A stretch of 64,000 nt of DNA from Takakia lepidozioides (Eukaryota > Plantae > Bryophyta). The position numbers and the translations under genes were made by a program. Positions within the stretch are counted from its first letter, which is position 1, and each line of letters starts with the position of its first letter. The notes under the pieces are model-generated. The model was given only the letters and a program-made list of their open reading frames with translations, had not been told where the DNA came from and did no database searches. Below are positions 26,470 through 38,490 of the stretch, piece after piece. The DNA lies in NCBI GenBank assembly GCA_030704615.1, contig CM060731.1, positions 59,830,001-59,894,000 of the forward strand, given 5' to 3'.

Positions 26470-27160
26470 TTATGACTTCACATATGACTATTTTTTCAGT
26501 CTTATATGCGTTCATGACTACATCACTCTGTAGTGAAAAAAGCCCTGTCATAGCGACTAGTCTCTAGGACTGCGTTTTGCAAGTCATATCCGTGACTGCT
26601 TGCGTGGCACTTGGAGTCCTGCTGCAGAGAGGGTTGCAGTCACAACTATATGACTAATATATGACTACATTGTCTGTTGAGCGCTGCCTACATGGAGAGA
26701 CTTCAGCGGGACACGTGCGCCACTGCGCAAGCGACACGTCATGCATTCGTCAGGGGATCATATGACTATATGTCTGCAAAGTGATGTCTACATGGAGAGG
26801 CGACGGATGGACACGTGCGCCACTGCGAATTTGACATGTCACGACTTCTTGCCATGATCATATGACTACATGTCTGCAGTGATGCCTACATGGAGAGCGC
26901 TAGCGGGACACGTGTGCTATGGCAGATTTCACACGTGGTGACTACATGACTCGCTCATATGACTACAGGGATGTCTACATGGAGAGTTGTTAGCGGGACA
27001 CCTGTTGCACTTGAGATGTGACATGTGGCACACAGACAAAATATATGACTAGCATATATGACTACGGATCTTTACACGTGGTGAAAATATGATAAAGATG
27101 AATGTCGTGTCATATATTGCCACGTGTTCTGGTTTGAGCAAGAGTGATGCCACGTGTCAT
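26470..27160 (+). repeat. CACTA subterminal repeat array: many (A)TGACTA(C) motifs and four ~90-100 bp units
   Basis: Core CTACATGGAGAG..GGACAC(G/C)TG at about 26688, 26788, 26886 and 26975. Confidence 0.85.
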
Positions 27161-27607
27161 CAAGATTGTTTTCCGAAATAGTTTATATTTTTAATGTTCA
27201 TATTTTATTTTTTAGTTTTCATTAATATTTAAAAGAACAGGGAGATTGCAGCCTTGGATTTTTTTTAAATATTATTATTTAAAATGAAAGTGAATTAAAT
27301 GATTTAAAATCTTCATTACATGGTGAAATTCCAACATGAAAACAGAATGGATCCCTCCTGCATACTATCAACCACAAGGAGAATGAAAATAGTCAACTAC
27401 AGGGCAATACAAGCCTATAAATCACATTACAAAAATCCAAATGAGACCAATGTCCCAATGGACACCTCAAAAGCCACAAGGTCAAAAAATCCATGCCTCA
27501 AAAGGCCCAGCCAAAAACAAGCAAGCCCACACATGGGCTGAATTGTTGTAGCTAGTATGTTCTAGTGCTATTAGAATCAAGAACTCTGTTAAACAGTGCA
27601 ATACTGA

Positions 27608-30600
27608 CTATCCCTTCCGCAGCTCCATAAGTTTCAGTAACTTTAGACTCCAAAGTGTTGTCTGCCAACCACCTGCCCCAACTCGGTCTGTTTCCTAACA
27701 CCATTCACATATGGTAGAGGGGTGTTACTGACACATGCCTCTTTGATGTACACACAGGCATAATCAAGGGGCACAGCAGGGTACCCGTAACCCACCACAG
27801 CACCTTGAAGAGCAACAATCAGCCCTACTCCACATTTCTTGCGTTGGAGTTCACATCCAACAGCCGAACCTCGTCACCCACCCTGAACTGTGATCCCAAC
27901 TCCACACAAAAAAGAACACGATGTGAAAACCCATGACATACACACGACTAGGACACTCAACATTTGCGAATTAAAGAGAGCCCCAAGGTTGGAAAAAATA
28001 AAACAAACAAGACAACGGCCTGGACTTACTCCATTTGCAGTCTCCAGTGGTTGTGAGACCTCTTTTGGGGGCTACTCCGGGTCGACACTCTTGCCCCTCG
28101 TCTGTACCGGCTTGTCGACAATATCACCTTTGTTTGTCACAAGTTCCTGTGTCACAGACCAGAGAACAACCAGGAAAGCAATGAGCAAACAGGAATAGTG
28201 AATAGAAACAAAATCCAAGTATGAATCAAACAAAAAAACCAACATGAAAAGCTGCAAAGAAAACCTAGCATTAATCAAGCAACCGAGGAGAAGCATCCAG
28301 GAAAGCAATGCAATGAATGAACCCAAAAATTGTAGCCTCTGGAGCACTGTCAGAATGTTTGTACCTTCACAGTAGCAGTGTTGTATGGTTGTTGTCCGAA
28401 AACAGGCTGAGACTCCAAAAACTTGGGAATACTGGCAGCTTTCGATGCCTTCCACAAGAAAGGCCACAACACCTCTGTTAGATACTCATCAGTTGGTGAA
28501 TCTGGTTGCACCTTCCATGGCTCTGGAAAAATCCCACTGAAGGGAGGATTGTTTGCCGCCTTTCTTGGTGTGTCGTCAACAAGAACAGTGTCCTCATAAG
28601 TCCATTCTGGCCAGTCTGCCCACACTGTAGACAAGTTCTTGAAATATAATGGCTTTGAATCAGACCCCTTACGGCATGGGAGGACTGGATCCTCGTCACA
28701 GTGAAGGGCATCCCACTGGAAAACCAGGTTAGTGTGGGGCTGCAAAAATATAGTCCACCATTGGGAAGAAGTTGCGAGCTTGGCAACAAGACCACACCGC
28801 CACCTCAAAGTGTTCAAAACACTTTTGCAAAAAGTCATAACAGCGTGGTCTCAAAACTACCATCTTCTTGCCACACATCTTCCCCACAAAACCTTTGGGA
28901 AGGGATGCAGGCCCATTAGCAGAATGAAAAGATTCACATAACAGACCATTTAAGTCCAGAATTAGTAAATGCTTCCTCGTTGGTCCAGGAAGTAAACTGA
29001 CATTTGGCTTCAACATGTGAGCAGGAGAAATTAAAGCAACCTGCTTGTTTGTTTTGTCCCCGTCTGCATCTTCCTCCCCATTAAACTCCCACATACCTGC
29101 ATACCAGAATCCGGTGTGCCCGGCGGCTCTGTCACCATTGCCCCCTGGACTGCTACTGCCTTTGTACGTGGCAAGGGCTGAATTTCCACGTGTACCTCAC
29201 AGCTGGCCTTCCCTGTATCCTGCTGCTGCTCGGTCAAATTCAAAAGATCATCAGTGACAGGAAGACATAAGGGCTTAGAGTGAGCACCAGTTACCGTCTG
29301 AAATTGGGATTCCAAACATTTTGATACTGTCACAGCAGACGTATCCATCGTAGATGTCACTGGTCCTGCGCCTGGTAGATTAATCCCCAATCTGGTCACA
29401 ATGGCTTTCTGGTACTCAATCATACTCTGCATCTGTAATTTTAATTCTGCCATGTCACGTCCTTGTGATTCCACCAGTTTGTCCAAGCCATCCATCCTGC
29501 CAACTACTGTAGAATATGCGAGACTTCCCTCCTGCCAATCCATGAAAACTTGCCCAAGTATGAATCAAACCAAAAAAAAACTAGCATGAACAACCATTGG
29601 AAAGAAAACCCAGGCCAAAAGCCTTGAAAAAAACCCTAGCAACCTATGATGCAGCAACCACTCTAGCAAACGTGGAAAACACACTTACCCGCCTGTCACT
29701 CCCAGCTGACAACCGTGACACTGAACCCTCTTGAATTTCATATAATGTAGGAGGGCACCTGATAGTGTTTCCTACAAATTAATCCATGCCACAAACAAAC
29801 CCATGCCACAAGTCAGTAAGCAATGTGAGGGCTGACTATATACACATAGCAATTCAATGAGGAACAAAATACAGAGTCGTGATGATGCCACTTACAAGCG
29901 TGCTTCCACCATTGCCTTCCCACCACGGCCAGTCTTGGTAGGATTCTGAATTGCACCATTTGCCTTCTTCATGTTGCCCGACACTTTGTGGAACACCTCT
30001 GTCTGCCAGTAACTTACAAGCTTGTTCCATACCTCGTCAGATACAGTAATGGGTTTCCCCTTACCACCCAACCACGCAGTGTGTGCTTCATAACGCTGGC
30101 TCTTCATTATTCTGCCAATTGTTTGTTTTAGGTGGAAGTCTTTTTTAACTGTGTGGCGTATATGAAAATAGCTTAGCCAGGTGATCTCTGATTTCGTATA
30201 CAACTTCATCAGGTTGGTTGTTGATGGCAAGGGAACAATCTAGCTTGCGATAAGCCTGTCCTTTAAGGGCAGCGTGCCATACATTCCGGGTCTGACCATA
30301 CGGGGCTCCTTTGAGGTTCGTCAAAATCACCGTGGGAGGAAGACCTGCAGCTATTCTCTCTTCCTTCACCTTGGCAGCTTCAATTTTGGCTGAGCTATTA
30401 GCCCTCCTTAAAGCATTGGTTCTATCATTCTTTGAAACGGCACCCTCCCCTCCTTCAGAGACCTCCGTGCGCTCAGGAGAATTCAAAGCAGGATCCTGCC
30501 AAGTAGGGACTGGTGGCCATGGCTGTTGGCCAGAAGGCCAGGACCATACTGGCCATACTGTCCATAAGCAGGAGGATATTCCGGTGGCCTGCCACCCCCA

Positions 30601-31853
30601 TAGCTATTAGGGGGTGGCAAATATGGTGGAGGAGGATACTGGCCATACTGCCCATATGGAGGAGCACCATATTGACCCTGACCATACTGAGTGCCAGACT
30701 GTGGGTACTGAGGCATACCATAATAAGGTGGGGGTACTGGTGGCACAGAACCCACAACGATGGGAGAGTTAGGGCCACCTCCTGCGTTCTTGTGGGCGCC
30801 ATCTCCATTGCTAGCAGCAGGGATCGTGGATCCAGTGCGCTTGTGCTTGCCCTGAAAAGAAATTCCCCCAGTACAATGTGGGTGATTACACATACATATA
30901 GGCAGCAAGCAGCAAATCTTGAATTCAAATAACAAACTGGAAGCACATATCATTTGTAAAGACAAGATTACCCAAAACTCAGTATGATCTTGGGCAGTAA
31001 ATCTCCCAAATTTGACCCAATGATGTCCTCCCAGTACATTTTTGAGCCCTCTTAGGTATGGGGTGTTCCTGAAATCCATAGCAAGAATTCAAATGGACAA
31101 ACCTGATGGGTCCATGAGAAGTATCCCTCCAAGTTTTACTGATATTCTGGGTGCATAAGTAACCCAAGTATCTCTATAAGTAGCCATTGTAGCTTAGTAC
31201 CAGGACGTTGGTTTCATGGGGCAAGAATTTGAACACACTGAAGTCTACATTGGCCTGACATCATGCCTTTGGCACTTCAACTTGTCTAGTGGTTGTGCTT
31301 GGCTGACCCTGCATTGTCCAACTTCCCTGTCTTGACAGACATATATCTCTTCATGATCTTACATACCCTATCTCTTCGTGATTTTACCAAAAAAATACAT
31401 AATTTGAATCATGGTCATTGTGAAGAACTATAACTCACAGACGGAGAAGGTGTTCGTAGTGTAGATGATGGGCGTTTTTGTCCTGCGACATGAGCATGGG
31501 CATGTTCTCCTCGGCTTGCCGTGGCATCCGCCGACGACGCACTCGCCTCGCACTGGCGTGGGAGGAGTGGATCGTCCTCATCGTCCTCAGAAGAGCCCTC
31601 ATGCAGAATCGTAGTTCATCGTCTTCAGTCTGGCACTTTGCCTTGCAGGACCTTGATCCCTAGCTTTTTCCTTCGGAGCGCGTGGCTTGCGAGGGCGATT
31701 CGCTCCCGCAAGCCTGCACAAACACCTCCATGACCTCCCTCTCAAACAATCACAAACAAATGCAAGCATACATACCCTAATACTCTTAAGCCTACGCTGA
31801 ACCACAGCCGCCCCTACCAGGACGTAATGGCTGCCACGAATGACGGCGGACAT
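27608..31853 (-). pseudogene. CACTA TnpA-like multi-exon gene with an embedded FCP1/NIF-type HAD phosphatase domain; frameshifted
   Basis: In order: Pro/Tyr/Gly/Gln-rich exon; Ptta/En/Spm-type segment WNKLVSYW..KKAN..KTGRGG and RCPPTLYEI; coiled coil; phosphatase domain LILDLNGLL..LRPRCYDFL..VAVWS..FKNL..VLVDDTPRKA..NP; terminal exon FRVGDEVRLLD..GLIV..PLP..LGQVVG..LW. Exons are linked by GT-AG junctions. The start is uncertain. Confidence 0.75.
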
Positions 31854-32240
31854 CTCCCGCCTAATGACACACCCTCCTCAAACCTAATCGTCACTCACTG
31901 CATGTTGTTTGCCTCTCTGTTTGTACAAGTCGCAGCTACTCGCCCCCATTTGTGCTATGAAGCTTATGATCGCTGTAGGAAGGTTAGAGGATAAGGCGAA
32001 TCGCAAGTTTAGTGGGTGGGTATCCAAAGTCAGGAACTAAACTCACCCTGCTTCCACCTCCTTTATGGCAGCAATCCGGCGCTCTCGGAACTTCTCGTAC
32101 AGTGAGAGGACTGTCACTTCGAAGACCTTCCGCTTCACCATGGACACTCAGAAACGATACTTATAGTATACTATTATTCCAGATTTAACCAAAGGACGGC
32201 CGCCCAACGGGGTGGCCCCGGGCCGTGCGTCGCGAGCGGG

Positions 32241-35200
32241 ATGGAACCTAATGGAAGAAGCTTATGCCACAAGGAATGGGCATACAAAAATGCTATGCAA
32301 CTGCGATGAGTGTCATGGAGGAAAAGTACTGTTGTTGGAAACAGTGAGGAATCATTACATGATACGGGAGGGATCCTCTTCTCCAACGCTGTTCTCTTCC
32401 GGTAAGATCGTCACTTTCCCTTCAGCACTTTAGTTTGAATTTTGAATGCAACGATCCTCTTCTCCACATGTCGACATTTCGTTGGGTGATTGTAGTCAAG
32501 AAGTCATAAGATACAGACGTGACTATGACTACGCCACTTCCGTTATCACTTTAATTAATGCACATGTCGTGTTTTCATTGGTCATGTGTAGTCATGTAGT
32601 CATATATGACTAAGTAAGTAAGTGACTGCAACTATGACTTCAATGGTTACAAATGTCGTGTTTTGATTGGGTGTATATTCATAAGATACATACGTAAATA
32701 TGACTGCATCACTGCAACGTCACCGTGCCTCCTATGTCATAATATGAACAAGTGTCACATCGTTGTTGGTCCACTCACAAGATGACTATTGGGATGCAGG
32801 GATGTGAATATTCAGATGATGAAGACGAAGGCCCTGCGGCACAGCGGGAGCCCAATGTCACAGAGAACGCAGATGAGAGAGTGGGATTGGAGGTAGAAAT
32901 GCAGGCATGCAGGAAGCGTTTCTCTTTGCAGATGCAAACAGAGAGGACCCCATTCATGGTGGAACCGATCACACATTTGCCGATCATGACGATGATCGAC
33001 GATTCCGGAGACAATGAATTTGATGAGAATGCTCACCTGCACGTTGATCCCGAGTATGATAAACTCTTCCGACAGTCGCAATGTCCACTTTTTGAAGGGT
33101 GCTCCACTCAGCCGGCTGCAAGCAACTTTGACGTTGCTGAACGCATGCACTACCCACAAGTGCACCAATGCATTTGTGGATGAGCTTCTGGGATTGTTGC
33201 GTAAGAGTTTTTTGCCTAAAGAGAATTCATTGCCGAAAACTCACTATGAAGCAAAAACCATGATTGCCAAGATGGGATTGCAGTACACGATGATTCATGC
33301 CTGTGAGCGTGGTTGTGTACTCTTCCGTGGGGAGTATGAGAATGTAGACATTTGCCCAGTGTGCCGCAGTTCCCGTTACATTCCAGGTCGTGGAAGTGTG
33401 CCCACCCCGACGACACTTCCCTGTCATTCCAAGGTTGAAACGTATGTACCGATGTAAATCGATCGCTAACCTCATGACATGGCACGACAGACATAAGAGC
33501 CAGGATGGGTTGGTTCGACATCCAGCTGATAGCAAAGCATGGAGACACATTGACACCACATTTGAGGATTTTGCTGCAGAGCCACGATCTCTGCGATTTG
33601 GATTGGCCTTAGACGGTGTAAATCCCTACGGAGCTCAATCCACAAGTTGGAGCACATGGCCCGTTCTCTTGGTCAATTACAATCTGCCTCCGTGGTTAAT
33701 GACCAAAAAGTTCTTTGTCATGTTAGCGCTACTGATTCCTGGTAAGGAGTCTGTTACCTCGGACAACGTAGATGTTTACCTGATGCCCCTAGTGGAAGAG
33801 CTACTGGAACTATGGAGAGGGATTGCAGCTCATGATGTTTCCCGTCCTCGTGGTCAACGCGAATTCACACTGAGGGCAGTGTTGATGTGGTCAATCCATG
33901 ACTACCCTGCATATGGCTTGCTCTCAGGTCAAGTGACGAAAGGTTATGCTGGTTGTCCAGCTTGTGGACCCGGGGTGACTTCACAGCAGTTACACACATG
34001 TGGAAAAATTGTTTTCCTAGGCCACCGAAGATTTTTGGCCCGCAATCATCCATATAGAAGGTCAAGAATGTTCAATGGCGCTACTGAGCATGGAACTCCT
34101 CCAAAAACGCAGACTGGAACACAAATCAAGGACTTGCAACAGCTCGCACTGCATGGGTGGAAAACGGAGGGACGCCAGATAGCAGGACAGACCCAGCAAA
34201 AACTCATGGAGTTAAGCGATTGTCAATTTTATATGTCTTACCTTATTGGGAGGTAATTCCTTCATGGCCTTTAAATTGGCTGTGTACATTTTTGCGTTTT
34301 CTGTTTAAATTGTGATGAGTAAATGCTCAATTGCTTATGTGTTCATTTTGTAGGGTCTCCTCATCCGCCACACGTTTGACGCAATGCATTGCGAGAAGAA
34401 CTTGCTGAAAATATTATTAAAACTATCTTTGGTGAGAAAGACACATTGAAAGTTCGCCGTGATTTGGAGCTACTTGGGATGCGCCCGGAATTGTGGCTAC
34501 AACGTGATCCTGACAGAGCAGATACGTTAATTATGCCTCCTGCCCCTTATGTCCTCACTGAGGCTGAGTTACAAGTCTTTCTGGAGATTGTGCAGAACTT
34601 GAAAGTGCCAACAGGCTACGCATCAGCTTTCAAAAAGCATGTGGTGAAGAAGAAGTTGTCTGGCATGAAATCACATGACTATCATGTGCTCATGCAGCAA
34701 ATTATACCGCTTGCTATCCGTGGGCTCATGCCAAGTGGTCCTCGAAGGGCCATTTTGCGAGTATGTCGTGTATTTAAGAAGTTGTGTGTGCAAAAGTGGT
34801 GAATCCTGTAGAGTATGAGGAATTGAGAACTGAAGCAGTTCTCACTCTGTGTCTTATAGAGAAGGAGTTCCCACCATCATTTTTTGATGTGATGACACAT
34901 CTGGTTGTTCACCTAGTGGATGAGTTGTACTTATGCGGGCCCGTAGCATCTCGTTGGATGTACCCCATGGAGCGGGCAATGAAAGATATGAAGGGCTACG
35001 TAAGAAACATGGCAAGGCCCGAGGGGAGCATGGCAGAAGGATACCAATTTGAAGAAGCATTGGGTTTTTGCACAGAGTATATGGCAGGATTTGATGGAAG
35101 TGTACGAAGGGTGTGGGATGCAGATGAGGCAGAATCTGTGGAACGTGAAGTTGTGGAAGGAAGTTCTAAAGCCCGAAAATTGAATGACCTGTGTGATATT

Positions 35201-36310
35201 GTACATGAGTACATCATTCAGAACCATCCTCGTCTATCAGTCATGTTGGGGTAAGAAATCTACTTCATTGACATTCAGATTTCCAAGTTTTAGTCATTTA
35301 TCATTAGTTGGCATATGGCGTCTTTTCAAATCTCCCACGCCACCTCTGTCAATCTCCTGGCTGACCCTCGGATTGTGACAGGATATATGAAGCAGAGTCC
35401 ACACGGATAGAAGCCAGACGACGCTTGTTTCGTGAGGAGCAAGGGCTGGAAGGCATGAGCAATCCCACGGCAATTCAGTACCCTCCTGATTTGCATCCTT
35501 GTCCTCCATTTGCTGTTTGGCTCCTCAAGGTGTACGGGATCATCTCTCAATTCAATCAGATGGGCTTGATCCTACAACACGTGAGGAATTACTGGATCTT
35601 TCAAGGCCTCCATCATTTACTGCCCTGTCATTCAAGAGTATGACAGCGTATGGTAACCATTACAGGGTTACATCCCCCGGCATGAACACAACAAGTATGG
35701 TGTCTTTTGATTGTGGAGTCTCATCTGTTTTCCAGCACCAGCCCATTACCAACAATTCAGGCAATGACATGGAGGAACCTACAAGATATGTGGGTCTTAT
35801 AAGGGAGATTTTGCAAATTGACTATGGCCAAACAGCCTATAGTGTTTTTGTGTTCGTGGGTACGGGCGAGTCGCGTGGGTCGTCAACCTATGTCAATGAA
35901 GCAGGATGATGCTGGCTTCACACTTGTCAATTTTAACCGTATGCTTCCACCTTCTGAGCAACCTTTTGTGTTTCCTGGCCAGGTTGATCAAGTGTTTTTT
36001 TTCTGATTGTGTGAAGGAGCCGGGGTGGAAAGTCGTCCTGGAGAAGAGCCCCCCGAGCACGTAGAGTGGTCTGCGACATATCAATTGATAATGATGATGT
36101 GGCGGAAGTGGAAGGATTGTTAGCCCACAAAGACTAGAGGAGACTCTGGTTACTGATGGCCCAACATGCAGCCGAGCGGTACCGGTTACTCCAGAGCAGG
36201 TGGCCTCCTTGTACCTCCGAGCACCCCGTATACGTGGTGATGATGTTAGCCAACCCTTGGACAAGATCAAGTCTGTGATGAAGACAGTGATACATGTAGT
36301 GACCCAGACA
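32241..36310 (+). pseudogene. CACTA TnpD/Tnp2 transposase; spliced and frameshifted
   Basis: CNCDEC N-terminal domain; IHACERGCVLF..CPVC; HPADSKAW; LALDGVNP; YNLPPW; LIPG; DYPAY; CPAC; MKSHDYHVLMQ; FPPSFFDVMTHLVVHL; RWMYPMER; PEGSMAEGY; QPFVFPGQVDQVFF. Intron at about 34253-34354. Ends approximate. Confidence 0.93.
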
Positions 36311-36423
36311 TAGATGAGGATGATGAAGATTAGATATGCGCGATTTGTGCACTCCAGTTATAGACCATGCATGATAGTTTAAGGTGGTAACACTCCCTTC
36401 GCATTCCCATTAAGATATCATGC

Positions 36424-37680
36424 TTGGACACTGGATTTTATGATCAATTATGGAGTGCTTTCCACCCTTTATTCATTTGTTGTTGCAATTGGCTTTGGAC
36501 CAACCCGTGCTGGTACCATTGCCATGGGTTCTGCCTGCAATTTTTCTTGCCATGGATTCGGCACACGCCACGAAAGGCCATCCAGACCATCCTCTGGAAA
36601 TGCTCCAATGTTGTTTCAAACATCTCCACATTGCAATGGATACAACACTGACATTAGATGAGTGAAAGTGAGACTAGACCTCCAGCCAGCCGGCTTTCCC
36701 ACATCAAATTGAAGGGGATCTGTAGATTATAGATAACGGCTGTTGCCTTCTCAATGTCTTTTCCAATCACCTCTGCAATGAACTGGGGTATAAGATCCTT
36801 CAAATCACAAGTTTGAGCATCACGCACAAGCCACTTACGGGGATAGAGTTTCCAATGCGAACCATTGGTCTTTTTTTGATAGCATTGTTGTAAAATACAT
36901 GGACCAACATGGTCAATTTCGGGAATGACATATAGTACGCTTTCATGTACTATGTAAGCATGCAACTATGTACCAGTGACGTGGCTTGTTCGCCACTTAA
37001 CCTGTTTGCCCATTCAGCCATCTCCACATTGTCATGGATTTTGCATGCTGGATTGTGAGGCCATCCACACCGTCCTCTGGAAATGCTATCATGGGGTTTT
37101 CAGCTATGTCCACATTTCCCTGGATTATGCCTGCACGAAGCAAGGCCAACTGCATTCAGCACCCTCCACTTTATTATAGTATTGCAGCAACATTCAAAGC
37201 ACTTCAATTTGTATCCATCGAAAACATCTAGGCTGGAAAAAGACATTGTTGCAGCAGAACTTAGGAAAGTACTTCTCCCCTTCCACTATACACGTGAAAT
37301 GAAAGAAGCCAACCAACAGCATACCAGCCAAGAAAATATGAAACCAGCCAAGAAAAGAGCCAATATATGCAGTGAAGGTCGACACTAAATGAAACTTATC
37401 CAACACTTACATTAGAGAGGGAAGCTAAGTCTTACCTCCATAAGCTTGCCCACATCAAATTTGGGAGCTTTCAGAAATTTTCCTTTCCGGTTGAATGAAC
37501 TTGGCTACAAGATCCTTCAAATCACAAGTTTGAGCTTCACACACAATGAACTTACAGGGATTGAGCTTCCAATGCGAACCAGAAGTCTTATATTGATAGC
37601 ATTGTTGTAAAACACATGGACCAACAATGACAGTCTCTGGAATGACATATAGTACAGTAATGACATATAGTACAGCATGC
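36424..37680 (-). other. Internally duplicated, decayed coding-like region of unknown function inside the CACTA
   Basis: LYVIPE..VGPC.LQQCYQ.KT.GSHWKL.P.K..V..AQTCDLKDL occurs at about 36790-36940 and 37505-37660. AFPEDG.DGL occurs at about 36570-36605 and 37055-37090. Confidence 0.5.
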
Positions 37681-38490
37681 CGCTTCCAGTTGACCATCTA
37701 CCCATGTAGGTTTCTTGTAACTATCCTTCCACAGGGAATCATAGGTAATGTGGAGCTTGAAATCCAGCCCTCTTGGATGAATCTGGACCCACACTCTATC
37801 CCTGCTCCTTCAGCTATCCATGCTCTGACAGCCTACAATTCTACCAGCAAACACCCCAACCATACTGGTGTGGAGTTCTTCCCCAAAACACCCCAACCCT
37901 ACTTATCACAATCTGAAATGCATCTGCTTCTCTCTGTAGTCCAACAGGCATTCGCCTTTTTGTCTCCATTGTCCCACCATTGGGGTCGGAAAGTGTTCAC
38001 CCCAAAGCTTCTCCTCATGTCTATTATATGTTTTTGGATACTTCCCTGCCACACTGGCAGTAACTTGCCAAAGTCACTCCAAACCACCAGAGATCTACCC
38101 AACGACCTAACTTACAGAATTCAATATGCATCTTGCGGCCGAGTCTGATGAGAGGCAACACAGGCTGAAATAGGTTGAAGAAGAAGGTGCCCTACCACAT
38201 TGTCCTTGACCTGTCCTGACCCATGGAGGATTTGACCGATGACCTCTTGTGTGTGCTGCTGGTGTCTGTAGTCAGGTAATGTCGGATTGGTCTGTGAGAT
38301 CGAACCACTACGGCGTAGATGAGTAGTCAGAGATTGAAACACGCTTGCTAAGACCAAGCTGACTCTCCCAAGAACGGCGAGCTCGCTTCTCCTCGTCTCG
38401 TCTCCTCCTCCTCTTCTCCTTCGTGCATCATTTGCTCAACGCCTCCATCCCACGCCCCTGCATATCCTGCTATCATCGCGTTCCATCCCT
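37680..38490 (-). pseudogene. PPR-family N-terminal leader fragment plus tiny PPR pieces, located within the CACTA
   Basis: Colinear nucleotide similarity to 15190-16260, 53790-53920 and 58470-58660 (e.g. GGATGAATCTGGACCCACACTCTATCCCT and GAAGAAGAAGGTGCCCT.ACCACATTGTCCTT). Confidence 0.85.

Noticed and set aside
23443-26471. Two independent CACTA insertions in the gypsy
   Set aside because: The shared ACT TSD and the continuity of gag across strands show one insertion followed by an inversion.
26640-27080. Regularly spaced repeats as a CRISPR-like array
   Set aside because: Eukaryotic context, degenerate units with homologous spacers, and a position directly inside a CACTA TIR identify them as subterminal repeats.
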